Positions 47,842 to 59,526 of a stretch of DNA of 64,000 nt are shown here, piece after piece. The DNA comes from Amoebophrya sp. A120. Taxonomy: Eukaryota > Protista > Dinoflagellata. Where the stretch lies: assembly GCA_905178155.1 (NCBI GenBank), contig CAJINV010000001.1, positions 291,034 through 355,033 of the forward strand, written 5' to 3'. A program made the translations under genes and the position numbers. Below the pieces are notes generated by a model. That model was not told where the DNA came from. It worked only from the letters and a program-made list of their open reading frames with translations, and did not search any database. The number at the start of each line of letters is the position of its first letter. Within the stretch, counting starts at the first letter, position 1.

Positions 47842-48697
47842 TTAGGGCGGAAAAATCGGCAAATAGCATCACTTTTGCCAGCGCACTTTTTGGGGGGGTA
47901 AAAGATTTTTTTTGTTGGGGGCGCAACATCTTGGAAGCCGACTCGCCTCGCGTGTCACTTCATCTGTTCCACCGGAAACATGATGGCTGAGCTTTGGAAA
48001 TGCCGCAACACCAGGACCAGAAGCAGGCCACAGCGCCTTCGTTCTGTGCCTTGTCGTTCAGATGGCCGGACGCTTTGTCGTGGGCCCGCTCTTCGAAAAG
48101 TGGCCGGGCCGCCTCCGTGACCGGGGCTTGACGAGGCCCTTCGCCCAGAAAAGGAGGCCCGGCCAGGGGGGGGTGGTCAGGGGGTTGCATTTTTGCCCCT
48201 CCCGGACAACCCTCCCGGGTACCCCTTCCGGGTACCCTTTCGGTAGCCTATGCCGACCCCCTAATCCCCATTGAAAACTGCCGATTTTGCGTGCCCCAAA
48301 ATGGTAGCCCAGAGGCAGCCCAAGCGGACCCCCTTACACCCCCCCTTCGGCACCCCCCCCGGAAGCACTTGACTGCTGGCGCGTCCGCCTTCTCAATATC
48401 CGGCCGGAGAGGGAAGATGAGAAGATATCTGGGCGCGTCCGGAACTGGATGTGGGAGAGGGGGCGCGGCTTCCCGCGCCAGAGGGCCGCAGGCCTGTGCA
48501 ACTGCAACAAAGTGCTGTGGTTTTATTTCAAAAAGGGGGGGGCCGGATGGCGGACCGTGGCAACGAAGAGTGGCGCCAGCATCTAAATGGCCAACAGGAA
48601 AAAAGCAGTAGCGACACCCCCAACAGCCATAATTTTTTTGCCCCCCCAAAATGCGCGCTCACAAAAATGATGCTATTTGCCGATTTTTCCGCCCTAA
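47842..48697. mobile_element. Intergenic non-autonomous TIR element (MITE-like), 856 bp
   Basis: ~60-bp TIR ttagggcggaaaaatcggcaaatagcatca...; TSD aacga at 47837-47841 and 48698-48702. Confidence 0.88.
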
Positions 48698-49070
48698 AAC
48701 GAAAAAAAACTTCTTGGGAAACAAGACACGCGGGTGACGTCGAGCAGACTGAAGTGTAAGCGAAGAACGCCAAGCACTTCTAAGAAAAAATGAAAGGAAC
48801 GCTCTCGCCCAGGTCGAGCCCCCACAAAAATGAACGCCGACCTCGAGACATAGAGCCCGCCTCAAATTCTAAAGCTGTTGCGAGGTTGTGTCAATGTTCA
48901 TTCGTGTACATTTTAGTGTTCATGATCGGTAACCCCGACGTTTCAAATGCTAGTACTCGCATACTACACCTGGACCTGTTGTAGTAATCATCAGCAGCAT
49001 TATTTCCCTCTTCACTATGATTTCATTTGCAACATCGGAGGTCTACTCAACATGTTCTTTAGGACAAACG

Positions 49071-50958
49071 TCAGCTGCCGTCCTTTGGTTGGTTGTCAAC
49101 CATGAGCTTCCAGCCGTCCCCGCCCCGCGAAAAGTTCCGCTGCAGGTCCTCCAACTCCTTGGCCCAGCCCAGCTCCTCAGCGAGTTCGCGCACAACGTCG
49201 TCACAGCTGCCTGATAGAAACAGGTCCCGGAAGTTTTTTTCGTGTTCGAACTGGAAACCGCCGGTGCCAAAGTCCTTGCAGGTCCCGACCATCTCGTTAT
49301 TGATCAAAACCCGGGGGGTCTTCAGGTCGCAGTGCGTGATGAGCCGGTTGAAGGGCGCCACCTGCAGGCTGGTACCGAGCACGAGCACGCAGTCGGCAGC
49401 TTTGAAGTCCGCCTTCCGCAGCTGGTGAAAGCGGTCGGGCAGATTTTCGCCGAAAAAGACAATGTCCGGCTTCACCAGCCCATTGCAGGATTCCTCCACG
49501 GTCTTGAAGGCCTCGGGGTTATCGTCCTCCTCCGCATCGGGCGAAGTAGATGTCGGGGGGTTGTTTTCGTCTGTTTGCTGCGCGACAAATTCGAGGTTGC
49601 GGATTCGCTTTTTCACGATGGCGCTACACCTGTATGTACCGATAAATTTTATGAAAATGAAAAAAATGAAAATGATGTATACTCACATCAACTGGTGCCT
49701 CCAAACGAGAAGTTCGGCTCGATGTTTTTTTCGTCGCCAAAATTCCCAAAGAATTATATCAACCGTGTTCAACAACATTCTCGACGATTCGCAAAATCCT
49801 ATCCCTACCTTGGCACTATGCCCTTTTCGATATCTTCCCTCCATTTTGTCAGCGACACCTGCGCTCCGCACTCCACACAGTGCACGTCGGCGAAGGACCC
49901 GTGCGCGTAGACCACTTTTTCGTCCGGCAACCCCGCCTGCTTTTCCAGGGTGTCGATGTTCTGCGTGTACACGCGGCGCAGCAGGTCTTTCTGCAGCAGG
50001 AGCTGCAAGAAAAAGTGCGTGACCGTGGGCGCGAATTTCCCGGGTAGCATTTCCAAGGCCCGCTCGCGGAAAGGCTCCGGGTTTTGCTTAAAGTAGCTGA
50101 TGTCAAACAGGGACTCGGGTCGGGACATGCCGTGCTCGCGCCGCAGCTTTTCGTAAAGCCCGTTCTTGCTCCGAAAATCCGGAATCCCGGCGCTGACGGA
50201 AATCCCCGCGCCCGTCATCGCGATATCGTGAGAAAAAAATCCCCCCTCCCCATATTGAAAAGGACACCTGTGATGCTGGATTTGCGTACAGAAATCTACT
50301 TGTATTGCTAGAAGTCCAAGAAGCACAGTTGTGGCCTCAATTTCAGGCAATTTGTCATACTGCTCTCCAGTTCCAGTTGCATCCTGTCATGCTGAAGATG
50401 CAAGGCTTTCTTTCCCACGCAAGCGAGCACTCCAGTCCGCATCTTTTGCTTTCTAGCATGGCAACATGATTTGTGGCCACAAATCATGCTACACAAATCT
50501 CCGTTTTAGTATGGGCAGAAGGGAATTTTCCTTTTGATACACGACCAGATCCTTCCATAGCCCCTTGCGGATCTTGTCGGCCAGGGTCTTCAGCGATATG
50601 TCGTCGTTAAACACGGCCGCGCGTTCCTCCTCCGGAATATCAAATGTAAAAATGTCTGGGTCTGGAAGAATGCAAGTTTGTCATGCTTGTCTCACATGAC
50701 TCCTAAATTTGTCATGCACATTACCCAAGACCCCCATTTTTCTGTCATGCAGAAACGCAGTTTGTCATGCAGAATAGGCAACACCAAGAAGCTCAGAAAC
50801 TTGTCATGCTGAGCCAGCACTTGTAGCCTCCTCATGATACGCCGCCCAGCGTTAGCGTTACAAGTTTCCAGACCCAGACATTTTTGCATTTGATACGGAA
50901 TCGTGTCATACCAGGAGGTGTCCTCTGGTTTTTCAAGTATGAGAAAACTATCGAACAT
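49071..50958 (-). CDS. SIR2: Class I sirtuin (SIRT2/Hst2-like NAD-dependent deacylase)
   Basis: VVMTGAGISVSAGIPDFRS, YTQNIDTLE, AHGSF, VKPDIVFFGE, LGTSLQVAPF and RVLIN motifs. Confidence 0.95.
50224..50539. mobile_element. Introner family B (B1), 316 bp
   Basis: Family B TIR; TSD cgcga/cacga; removal gives DLVV|MTGAG. Confidence 0.9.
50638..50895. mobile_element. Introner family A (A7), 258 bp
   Basis: Family A TIR; perfect TSD cggaa. Confidence 0.95.
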
Positions 50959-51442
50959 TTTTTCGCCCCAACTGTCACAATCACACTCGATGACTGTGTC
51001 TCATTTTGTGGGATCAATTCGACGCACCATGGTTGAAGATGTGCCGTAGTTTGTTTTCAGTCGAAAAGGTTTGGAGAATTCGTAGGGGGTACAGAATCCG
51101 ATACGAAACCGAGAATTCGTGTTGTACAAAAGTATAAGCTATCTCCCAAGTATGTTCAAGTAGCTGTAGTACCAAAGTGCTGCAATACTAGGAATTGCAG
51201 GGAGGAATCAGATCAGATCAGAATATTACCGTTCGGTATGCTCGCACTCGTTGGTTACGGCGGTACAAAAGGAATCTTTAACTTTATCAGTTGTAGCAAT
51301 TCACGCCTGCTTCAAGAAGATTCAAAGGGGTGTACGTAGACGACAATAACACGAAAGTGATATTAGGACGACCGATACCGGGCTTTCACTTGGGTTCAAT
51401 TTGGATGGCCTGATAATATTTGAAGAGCATGTTCCACGACCG

Positions 51443-52397
51443 CTATTTTTTTCTAATTCGATCGTGCAGAGAGACGCTTTGCAGAAAGGACTCGAGCAGG
51501 GCAGCGTCAGATTTTTGATTCCATTCTGTCCATGGAAACTCGAAAATTATTCCTTGGTGGCTTCGAGAAGCCCGGCATGCAATGAGCAGGTGAACACGAC
51601 AGACCAACTCCATGAAGATTTCGAGACGATCCAAATTGACCGTATGGGCTGCAACAAGAATGATCACTACCTGGACCAAGACGACGACTTCTAGCACAAC
51701 CAGTAGCAAAAGTACAAGTTACGCAGCAATTATCTAGATTAGTACTGACAATCGAACTAGGCATGATGCGCCCCTGCCCCGGCACGATGTTCTCACTTTG
51801 CAGCCCCTGCGCGATCGCGCCGATGAGCCGGCGATTCGCCTCGTCGAATGCCTCTTGAAACTGCTGCCACTTCGCGTCCAAATCCGCACTGTATGAGAGT
51901 GCACAACTCCCCTTCGTCCCCCTCATTTGTATGGCATGAACAGCAATACAACCACCAACACAAGAGCAGCCTGCGTATCAATAGATTACGCGCCGAGTGT
52001 AATGCATAGTGCTGCGTATTTGTCATGCAAATCATGCCACAAGGCATCAGCTGGATTTGGGATTTTGCATTACAAATGAGGGGGGGGGTGTGCACTCTCA
52101 TACACTGGCGCTCCGGTTTGACCGGTTCACTTTCTGCGCCTCCTGTATGCCCTCCTTTGTCTTGCTCAAATCTGCCAGCATGCTCTGCAGACTGCTGCGC
52201 GCCTTGCTCACCCGCTCGTCCAAAGACTGGGCCTGCTCCAACGCGTTGCGGGCCGCCTCGGCGCTGCTGGAAGCTGGTGTCGTGCCGCTTCCGCTAGCTT
52301 TTTCCTCCTTAGGAGCTGCGGGTCTGGCAGCGGAGGGGCTGGAGGGAGACGAGCTCCCGGCGAGCAACGCTTTGTCCAGCTGACGTTCGGTAGACAT
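51443..52397 (-). CDS. Hypothetical coiled-coil protein (3' end uncertain)
   Basis: Frame joins across introner H: NRSAS|ADLDAKWQQFQEAF. Confidence 0.6.
51892..52102. mobile_element. Introner family H, 211 bp
   Basis: TIR tatgagagtgcaca..cccc..ctcatttgta; perfect TSD cactg. Confidence 0.9.
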
Positions 52398-53080
52398 GTT
52401 GACTACTTTGCCTTTATTGGTCTCGAGACGCAATATAAAAACTTCCAAAGGTGACGATAGACGAAGTTGGTTCTTGTGACGATGGATTGAAGCCAGGAAG
52501 AAAAAAAATAGGAAAAGGCTGAATCGGCATGCTGGAACATGAAAGAAACGAAATCAGAGTCGCATTTATTCTTTACAAACACAAGCACAACAAAAAGAAA
52601 ACTTGTGCCATTTTTTTCGCTCACATTCTCCTCGTTGAAAGTTACTTTTTGTCTGCCCAACCGCACCCAATTCTTTCTTGCCCCTTGTTAGTTCTTGCAC
52701 TGCCACCGCCCTCGCCCCCCCCATATTACTTCATTTACATTTGAAGATTACGCAAGGAAATTCAGAAAAGATAGACACAAGCGATTTGACCGACTGTGGC
52801 CGGCGAGTAGACACGCTCAGAATTGTCTCAGCAGCGACCGATGTTGAGCCGTTTTGAGTAAAGATCTTCGAATCACTTTGCGTTTGCCAGCTTTGACAAC
52901 ACCAACCAGTAACTGGTGCCTTGGAGAAAATGTACTACACCAGAAGAACAGCCTCGCGTGGAAACTCGGCCACATCTTTACAACTACAACTAGCAGGTCT
53001 AGATTTGTTTCTTTTTCAAGTTTTTGTCGCTGAAAAATCGTTTTCTTCATGATGTCGCGGTTGTAATGTCACATCTTCCC

Positions 53081-55817
53081 TCACACACCGAGCAGCTGTT
53101 TCTCGAGGTTTGCTTTGTGTAAATCTGAGAAGAGTTCGTGTCTCTCCAGGGCCTCGCGGCACGGGAATTTTCGTCTACAAAGGAGGCAGCAGAACTTCTC
53201 CCGCCTTCTTGTCATCCTGCCGTTGTTCCTGTCGTCCTCCTCCTCCTCCTCGGGCAGGAATGCGTTTATTTTACCGCTACGGCTCGCCGTGCTCTCGCTG
53301 GAGAGGTTCGTGCCCCCGGAAACGTCGTCTCCGCCCTCGCTCTTTCGTGGTTTCACTCCAAACGCGTTGAAGTTCAGGGTTAGCTTCTGGTTCCGGTTCG
53401 CGGTCGCCAGTTGGCACAGTGCAGCGGGTTCGGGCACCACGACCGAGTCTTGCTTCGCCGCGTTCGACAAAATGCAAGAGCCACCGTCTAGCGCAGACAT
53501 CGCCGTCTTCTCCACGCGCTCCCGGGTTTTTTCCAAACCCTCTCTGTGTCCAGATCCATTCAAATCAAATCAGAAGTGAAATAAATTTTCGGGCGGTGGC
53601 TGCACACGAAACAACTAAACGCAACAAACTGCGTAGTTCATCATACAAACGAACGACTCATTTTGCGAAAATGAATATAGTAGGTCTACCTACTGCTCTG
53701 GTTGATGGTACTAAAGTACTTAAGACACTAGATCGAAAAAAATCCCTCAAAAAAAATCACAATCTCTTCCAGCAAGAGAAACTTTTTTATCGACAAAAAT
53801 TCATCAGTATGGTGAGTTAGATACACATCATCATGCTGTCATCAACCATTCATCAAAGGAAAATATGGAACCTCAGGAACATTTGCTTCACGCTGCTCTG
53901 GACAAATGTGTGTGGCCCCGTCGATAGCTTCGTGTTCACTCCCTATTGAGTTGTGTCAGTGTAAGAATTTATAACATTTGGAATGAGGTGGGCGAGCATG
54001 AGACGTTCATCTTTTCTCCAGAATACGTGACGTGGTTAACGCAAGAGGTACAGGCATTTTTACTATCTTGTTCCCAAAAAGTGGCATTGATTCTATTTGC
54101 AGAGTGATACTCTTATTCTTCATGATTTTATTTACTTCTATTCATTTTCATATTAACGGTCGAATGAAGCAAGCAGCAGCTCGCTCGTCGAGACTCGATA
54201 CAGAGCTGCATGATATCGGCTTTTTTATTTCGTGATGAAAGCTGATGAAGCGCGATCCGCGTTCTCGTTTTACACGAGCGTCGGGTGACTACTTTTTTTC
54301 GTTGCTTATGATACGGGGCAGCTCGCATTGTGAAACATTCTGCATAATCTGCGGGAAGACAACTTTGGAGTCGAAAAGTTCTGGTTTGCTTTTCTGGACT
54401 TTACTTCCGCTGGTATCTACTACTGGTATCTGCTGCTCCGGTTCATCGACGGCCGAATAGTAAACAGCAGGCCCCTCCCGCCATCGCAGGTCTTCACTGA
54501 ATTTTCTAGAAGTCTTGTTTGAAGGGAAGACTACTTACATGATCAGTACCTGATTCTTGGATATATTGACGTGTTTGGTGTCTTCCAAGTTGTCTTCCTC
54601 TTCCGACATGTGTCCAAAGACGTTCTGCACGCTCATCATCTTCTGCTTGGCAAGCTGTGCCCCTTTGTCGTTCGCGTACTGGAAGGCCAAGGCCGCCTGC
54701 TGGGCTTGCTGCGCCTGCACCGCCTGCGCTGCGGCGAAGTTCGCGACGGCGCTCACGTGCGCGAGTTGCTGCGCCGCTGCTGCCTGGGGAGAGTTATCCG
54801 AAAGCACAGAGAATTCATATGGAGGTAAAAGATTTAGGGCGGCAGAATGATGATTTTTTTCCTTGATACAAGTAAATCCAATTAAAATAACAGCTACGGC
54901 GCTCAAGGTCGTGGCAGCTGCATTTTCTGGCCGTGCGATCGATCCTGTGTTCGTGCCGAATCAAAATTTTTGATTTTTTATCTGGGCAGCTGCAGCTGTA
55001 CTCTATCTAGATCTGTTTTTGCAAGAACAACTCAGCACACCTTTTCAGCCGATGGGGAGATCTTGCTGTCCGCCGCATCATTCTCCTTTTCCTTTTCTCG
55101 TCGTAGTCGGCGTTTCAGGTGTTCCTCAAAATTTTCGGGCTCCAGCTCGTACGCCGGTCTGTTCTTGCTCTCCCGAGGACCAGCCTCGCGCGAGTCCTCC
55201 TTCTTGCCATCTCGCTGTAGCTGATTTCCCCTCCGGTCGCGATCGCGCCCCCGCTCCCTGCTGGTCCGATCCTTATTTCGTCGGCCGTCCTCGCCGCGTG
55301 CACGGGAAGAACGACCTCCCCGCGAGTCTCCTCGCTTGCCGTTCCTCTTGCCAGCAGCACGTCTGTCTACTTCTCTACTCCGACTGCGCGCAGGTGTTCT
55401 TCTATCGCCGCCACGGCTACGGCTGGTCGTACCCCGTCTTCGTTCGCGTCGGTCAGCACGCTCGCTGTTTTTATCTTCCTCCCCACGTCGGTCGTTCTTT
55501 CGCTTGTTCGGCTTGATTGCCTTCGCTGGGCGGTCGCGCGACCGAGAGGTGGACCCAGTAGACCGAGGACTTCTACTACGCTTGCGTCTTTGGCTATGCT
55601 CCTGCTTCCTCCGTCTATGATCGCCGTCGCTAGTAATATCGTCCCTGCGGCTGTCGCCTCGCTTTTGTCCCCTTGCGCGAGGACGTTGTTTGTGTTTATT
55701 GTCATCCTCCTCCTCGTCCTTCTCACGAGCGGCGCGACGCTTCTTGTCGTGATGTCTACGCACTTGGCGAGAAAGGGAGGAATCGCCGGAGGAATCGCGC
55801 TCGCGCCTTTCGGTCAT
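53081..55817 (-). CDS. Arg/Ser/Asp-rich protein with RBM5/RBM10-type C2H2 zinc finger (multi-exon, splicing-factor-like)
   Basis: RS/RD-rich N-terminal exon; CLLCRRKFPCREALERHELFSDLHKANL at the C-terminus. Joining of the exons is inferred. Confidence 0.65.
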
Positions 55818-56801
55818 CTTTTTTTATACCTGTAGCTAGCGCTGACTTGTTCTCAAATCCTTCGGTTGTATCGGAGTTATTTTTCCTGATCCTGATCTGT
55901 CACTGCAACAGCACTTCTGGTCTTCTATCGAAATAAATGCTCTTGCCGAAGTAATAAATCTCCTACTTTTATCCCTACAGATTCTTTGCGGAGTCATGGT
56001 AGAAGCGACAGTCATACTTCTGATGTTCGAAATCGAAGAAGCGCCAGAATGTATTGGGTTCCTAACAGAAAAACTAATGGGAAAAAACTGAGGTGAGCCA
56101 CCAGGGCTTTCTTGCTCCTGTTCAGATTTGGAAATAATTAATTGCTTGGTGGTGCAAGTTAGTATAATTCGTATACGTTGTCACAAATAAGTGAGTCACT
56201 CCTGTGCGTTGTAGTTCGTTGTACTGTGCTACATTCTATCGGTGTGATCCAAAATCGAACGTAGTTCATCGTGCGAACGAGTCGAGGAAAAAATTTCGAA
56301 CGAGGAATTCTCACATATTTTTCTTTAGATAGTACGGGTCGATCTGACTTTCCTTTCTGTTTCTTGTTTTGCTTCATGAACATCTCAAAAGGACGAAGGT
56401 CTGGCTTCATCTTGGCAGCCAGTGTAGTTCGTTGCCTCCCCCGGAGAGATTCTAGGGTTTGTAGAGCCAAAATCAAAAATTTTCGTTTTTAGAGCATTTT
56501 GTACAAGCACGAAATATTCTTGATTCTTCGAATATCTTCGACGGACACAAATTGTAGAGTCGAATACAGTTTTTTCCATTTTCAGTGGTCCAGAAACTAG
56601 TTTCAAAATTTCACAGCGTCCTTTGGTACATTGCACGAATTTGCACTTCGCTTAAGCAAGTCGAACAAGATTGTACACATTCATCGCGAACAGAATCAGG
56701 TATAGTTTCAAAGTCGTTTTTAATTTTTTGTTGAGAAGTCAACTACTTGTCAGAACAAGAACTCACCAACTACTTGGCAAAAAACGCCACTGCTGTGACG
56801 C

Positions 56802-58438
56802 CTACTGTTCCATTGCCGCAGTGGACGCGGCCGCCGCACCCCTGAGATTGGAGGTTTTCGTCTTCACCAGGTGCTTGGGCTTCGAGGACCCAGTTGCTCC
56901 CGCGGCGGCAGTGTCTTCTGCGGACTCCACCCCGTCCTCTAGTGGAGTTTCCGGTACCGGGCTCGCCTCTTTTTGCACGACGGCCTCGAGCGTTGTTGTA
57001 TCTTCCCCCCTTGTATCAAATGTAAAAATGTCTGGGTCTGGAAGGATGTAACTTGTGATGCGCATTTCAGAACACACAAAAATCTCTGATGCATGGGCAG
57101 CAAAAGCTGCTCACTTTCTGTCACCAAAATGGGGGATTTGTCATGCGGAATCGGCATCGCGGAAGCTTCTCGAAACCTGTGATGCTAGAGCTTCCATGCC
57201 AGACCTCCTGCGTCATGCAGAAACAGCATGACTCTTCCAGACCCAGACATTTTTACATTTGATACGCTGCAGTAGTCCCTTCGATGGTGACGAAGGACGA
57301 AGCGGACCTGCTGCCGACCGAGCCTCTCGGTACCCGAAAACTGTTGTGCAGCTGCGCGTCGTATCCTGTGCAAAAGTATCGTACTCGTAGTAATCGCAGT
57401 CATGCATTACAAATTTCCATCCGAAGGTAAAACAGCATGACAGATTTGATTTGTCATGCTGACCGAATTTGTAATGCGATTTCTACTAGTACGATTCTTT
57501 TGCAACGCATACGGCGGAGGAAGTGGCAGAAGTTGCGGTTTTCTTCATGGACTGCGCAATGTACCGATATCCTATGTAAAAACGTACCCACACCATAGTA
57601 AGTTGTCATGCAAATCTGCATGCTTAAAATGTTTCTCATGCGGAGCCCCATGAGAAGCATTTTCTAGTGGTGTTTTGCAATTTGTCATGCTCCAGTCAGC
57701 ATGGTATGCTAGATCTGTGATGCTGCTGAGCTAGCTCAAACAGCATTACACTACGAATCCAAATTTGTCATGCAAAACAGCCAAAACTTGTGGATTTGTC
57801 TAGCCGATTCCCCAACTTGACTATGGTGTGGGTACGTTTTTACTCAGGATAACCGAATTTGCGTAAACACGTCCGTCTGCGAAAAGCACGCGAGTGTCAA
57901 CTCGAACCAGAGTAGTAGCATCCCGAAAACCAGTAACACTGCACTGCTTCCAGAAAGCTTCGGATACGCTTGCTGTTGTGAATTTTTTTTTATGAATAAT
58001 AAAACGGGAGATGCAGTACTTGCTTCTTTTGGCTACATTGAGCACTACGTGCGAAAGACTTGTTCCTGCAAAAAAAGTAGAAACAAGTATAAGTTGATCA
58101 AGATGCAATCCAATTAGTACCGGAAGTGGCACGACATCGTAGCCCTCCGCGACGTTTGCGGCAGCGACAAACAGTCCGGCGGAACTGGTTTGTTGAAACG
58201 GCTTTGTGACTGCATTGGCGTTAGCAGAAGAGGACGACACTGCTGATGAAGCAAAAGGGTTCGCCACGTGGCTGCTTGTTCCTGCAACAACAAAGGAAGA
58301 TGTGGCTTTCGCTGCTGTCGGCGACTGCAGCTCCACAAGTTTCCGCTCGCGCTCCCGCATTGCGAGCGAATTCGTCATTTCCCCATAGGCTTTGACCGTC
58401 ATTTTGTATAGGTTTCTGGTTGAAATTCGAGTGGTCAA
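56802..58438 (-). CDS. Hypothetical membrane protein with three clustered introners (5' end uncertain)
   Basis: Frame continuous after removals: FTQIR|YIAQSMKKTATSATSSA|AQLHNSF...EGTTAA|GEDTTTLE. Confidence 0.65.
57014..57264. mobile_element. Introner family A (A8), 251 bp
   Basis: Family A TIR; TSD ccttg/cgctg (2 mismatches); now GT-AG compatible. Confidence 0.92.
57362..57511. mobile_element. Introner family F (F4), 150 bp
   Basis: Family F TIR; TSD cgtcg/cggcg; reverse orientation relative to F2. Confidence 0.9.
57568..57851. mobile_element. Introner family D (D2), 284 bp
   Basis: TIR tatcct.(t/a)gtaaaaacgtacccacaccatagt; perfect TSD accga. Confidence 0.93.
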
Positions 58439-59526
58439 TTGCAGCGAAACTACATATTGATTCGTCTAACAAACTGGAGCGAATAGTATGCTGAAAAACG
58501 ACATAAGTAGGCATGAACAATCAATCCCACGACACATTAAGGCACAAGACAAAGAAACCATGTTGAGACCAAGCTAGGGAACTGAGGTGAGCTGCTATCT
58601 TAAGCTACTGTCTTACAACCATGCTGTCCTCTCTTCACCAGCTACTCCGACGAGGCACTCTCCTCGATCATCCCCTCATACGAAAATGCTACTAGATACG
58701 AATGCCGGTCGAAGGGCTAAATACCGTCAGCGAGACAACAGCGGCGCTCCGGCGTCTTGCGACATCATCTGCAAAGACCTCTAGGGAGAGCAAGTGGTGT
58801 CTTTGACTTGTGAATTTATTTTGATATGAAATAGTACAATAGCAGCACATAGAATCATATTACAGTTTGAAAACTTGTTAAGCGCGTCGTTTCATCTTCT
58901 TGTACAACAAGCTTTTTGCGACATACTAGTAGTATCTCTGCTGAGGACGAGCCCGATCTAGTTGCAAGTCCACCTCCGCAAAAGTGCCCTTGGTCCAGAG
59001 CTGACCGGCACCATACTCTGATCAGTTCTGGTTTTCGTTTCGAGTTTTGTTGAAGTTACGAGTAAACTGGATGGTTGTACATGAGATTCCACAATCGAAA
59101 TCACGATTGCAGAATTAAAATTGTTCTTAATTCAGCGACAATTGTAAGTAAACTGGATGGAATTGTTTGAACCCCAGCACTATCTCCATCGTGCGGAAAA
59201 TACATGTTGCATTCGTCTTGTAGCACGACTTAAATTTAATATTGTACTTACGTATAATAAAGGGGTTCTTCTTCTTGACAGCGCGTGCTACAGGCTCAGG
59301 CCAGGACAGGTATCTTTGCCGTCCGGCTGAGTGTAGCAAGTAGCTGAAATAAATCATGACATTAGCGAGTTCATTGCGGAGACGTTGTTTTTGGACCTGC
59401 GGTGTCTTTTCTGCACCAGCTCCCCATCTTTATTTCGTGTTGTATGATCAATCATGGTGTTGTACCAAGTGCTTTCTTTTTTATATCAAAAATCTTTGTC
59501 CACCCCGTGAAAAATTCACCCCGATT

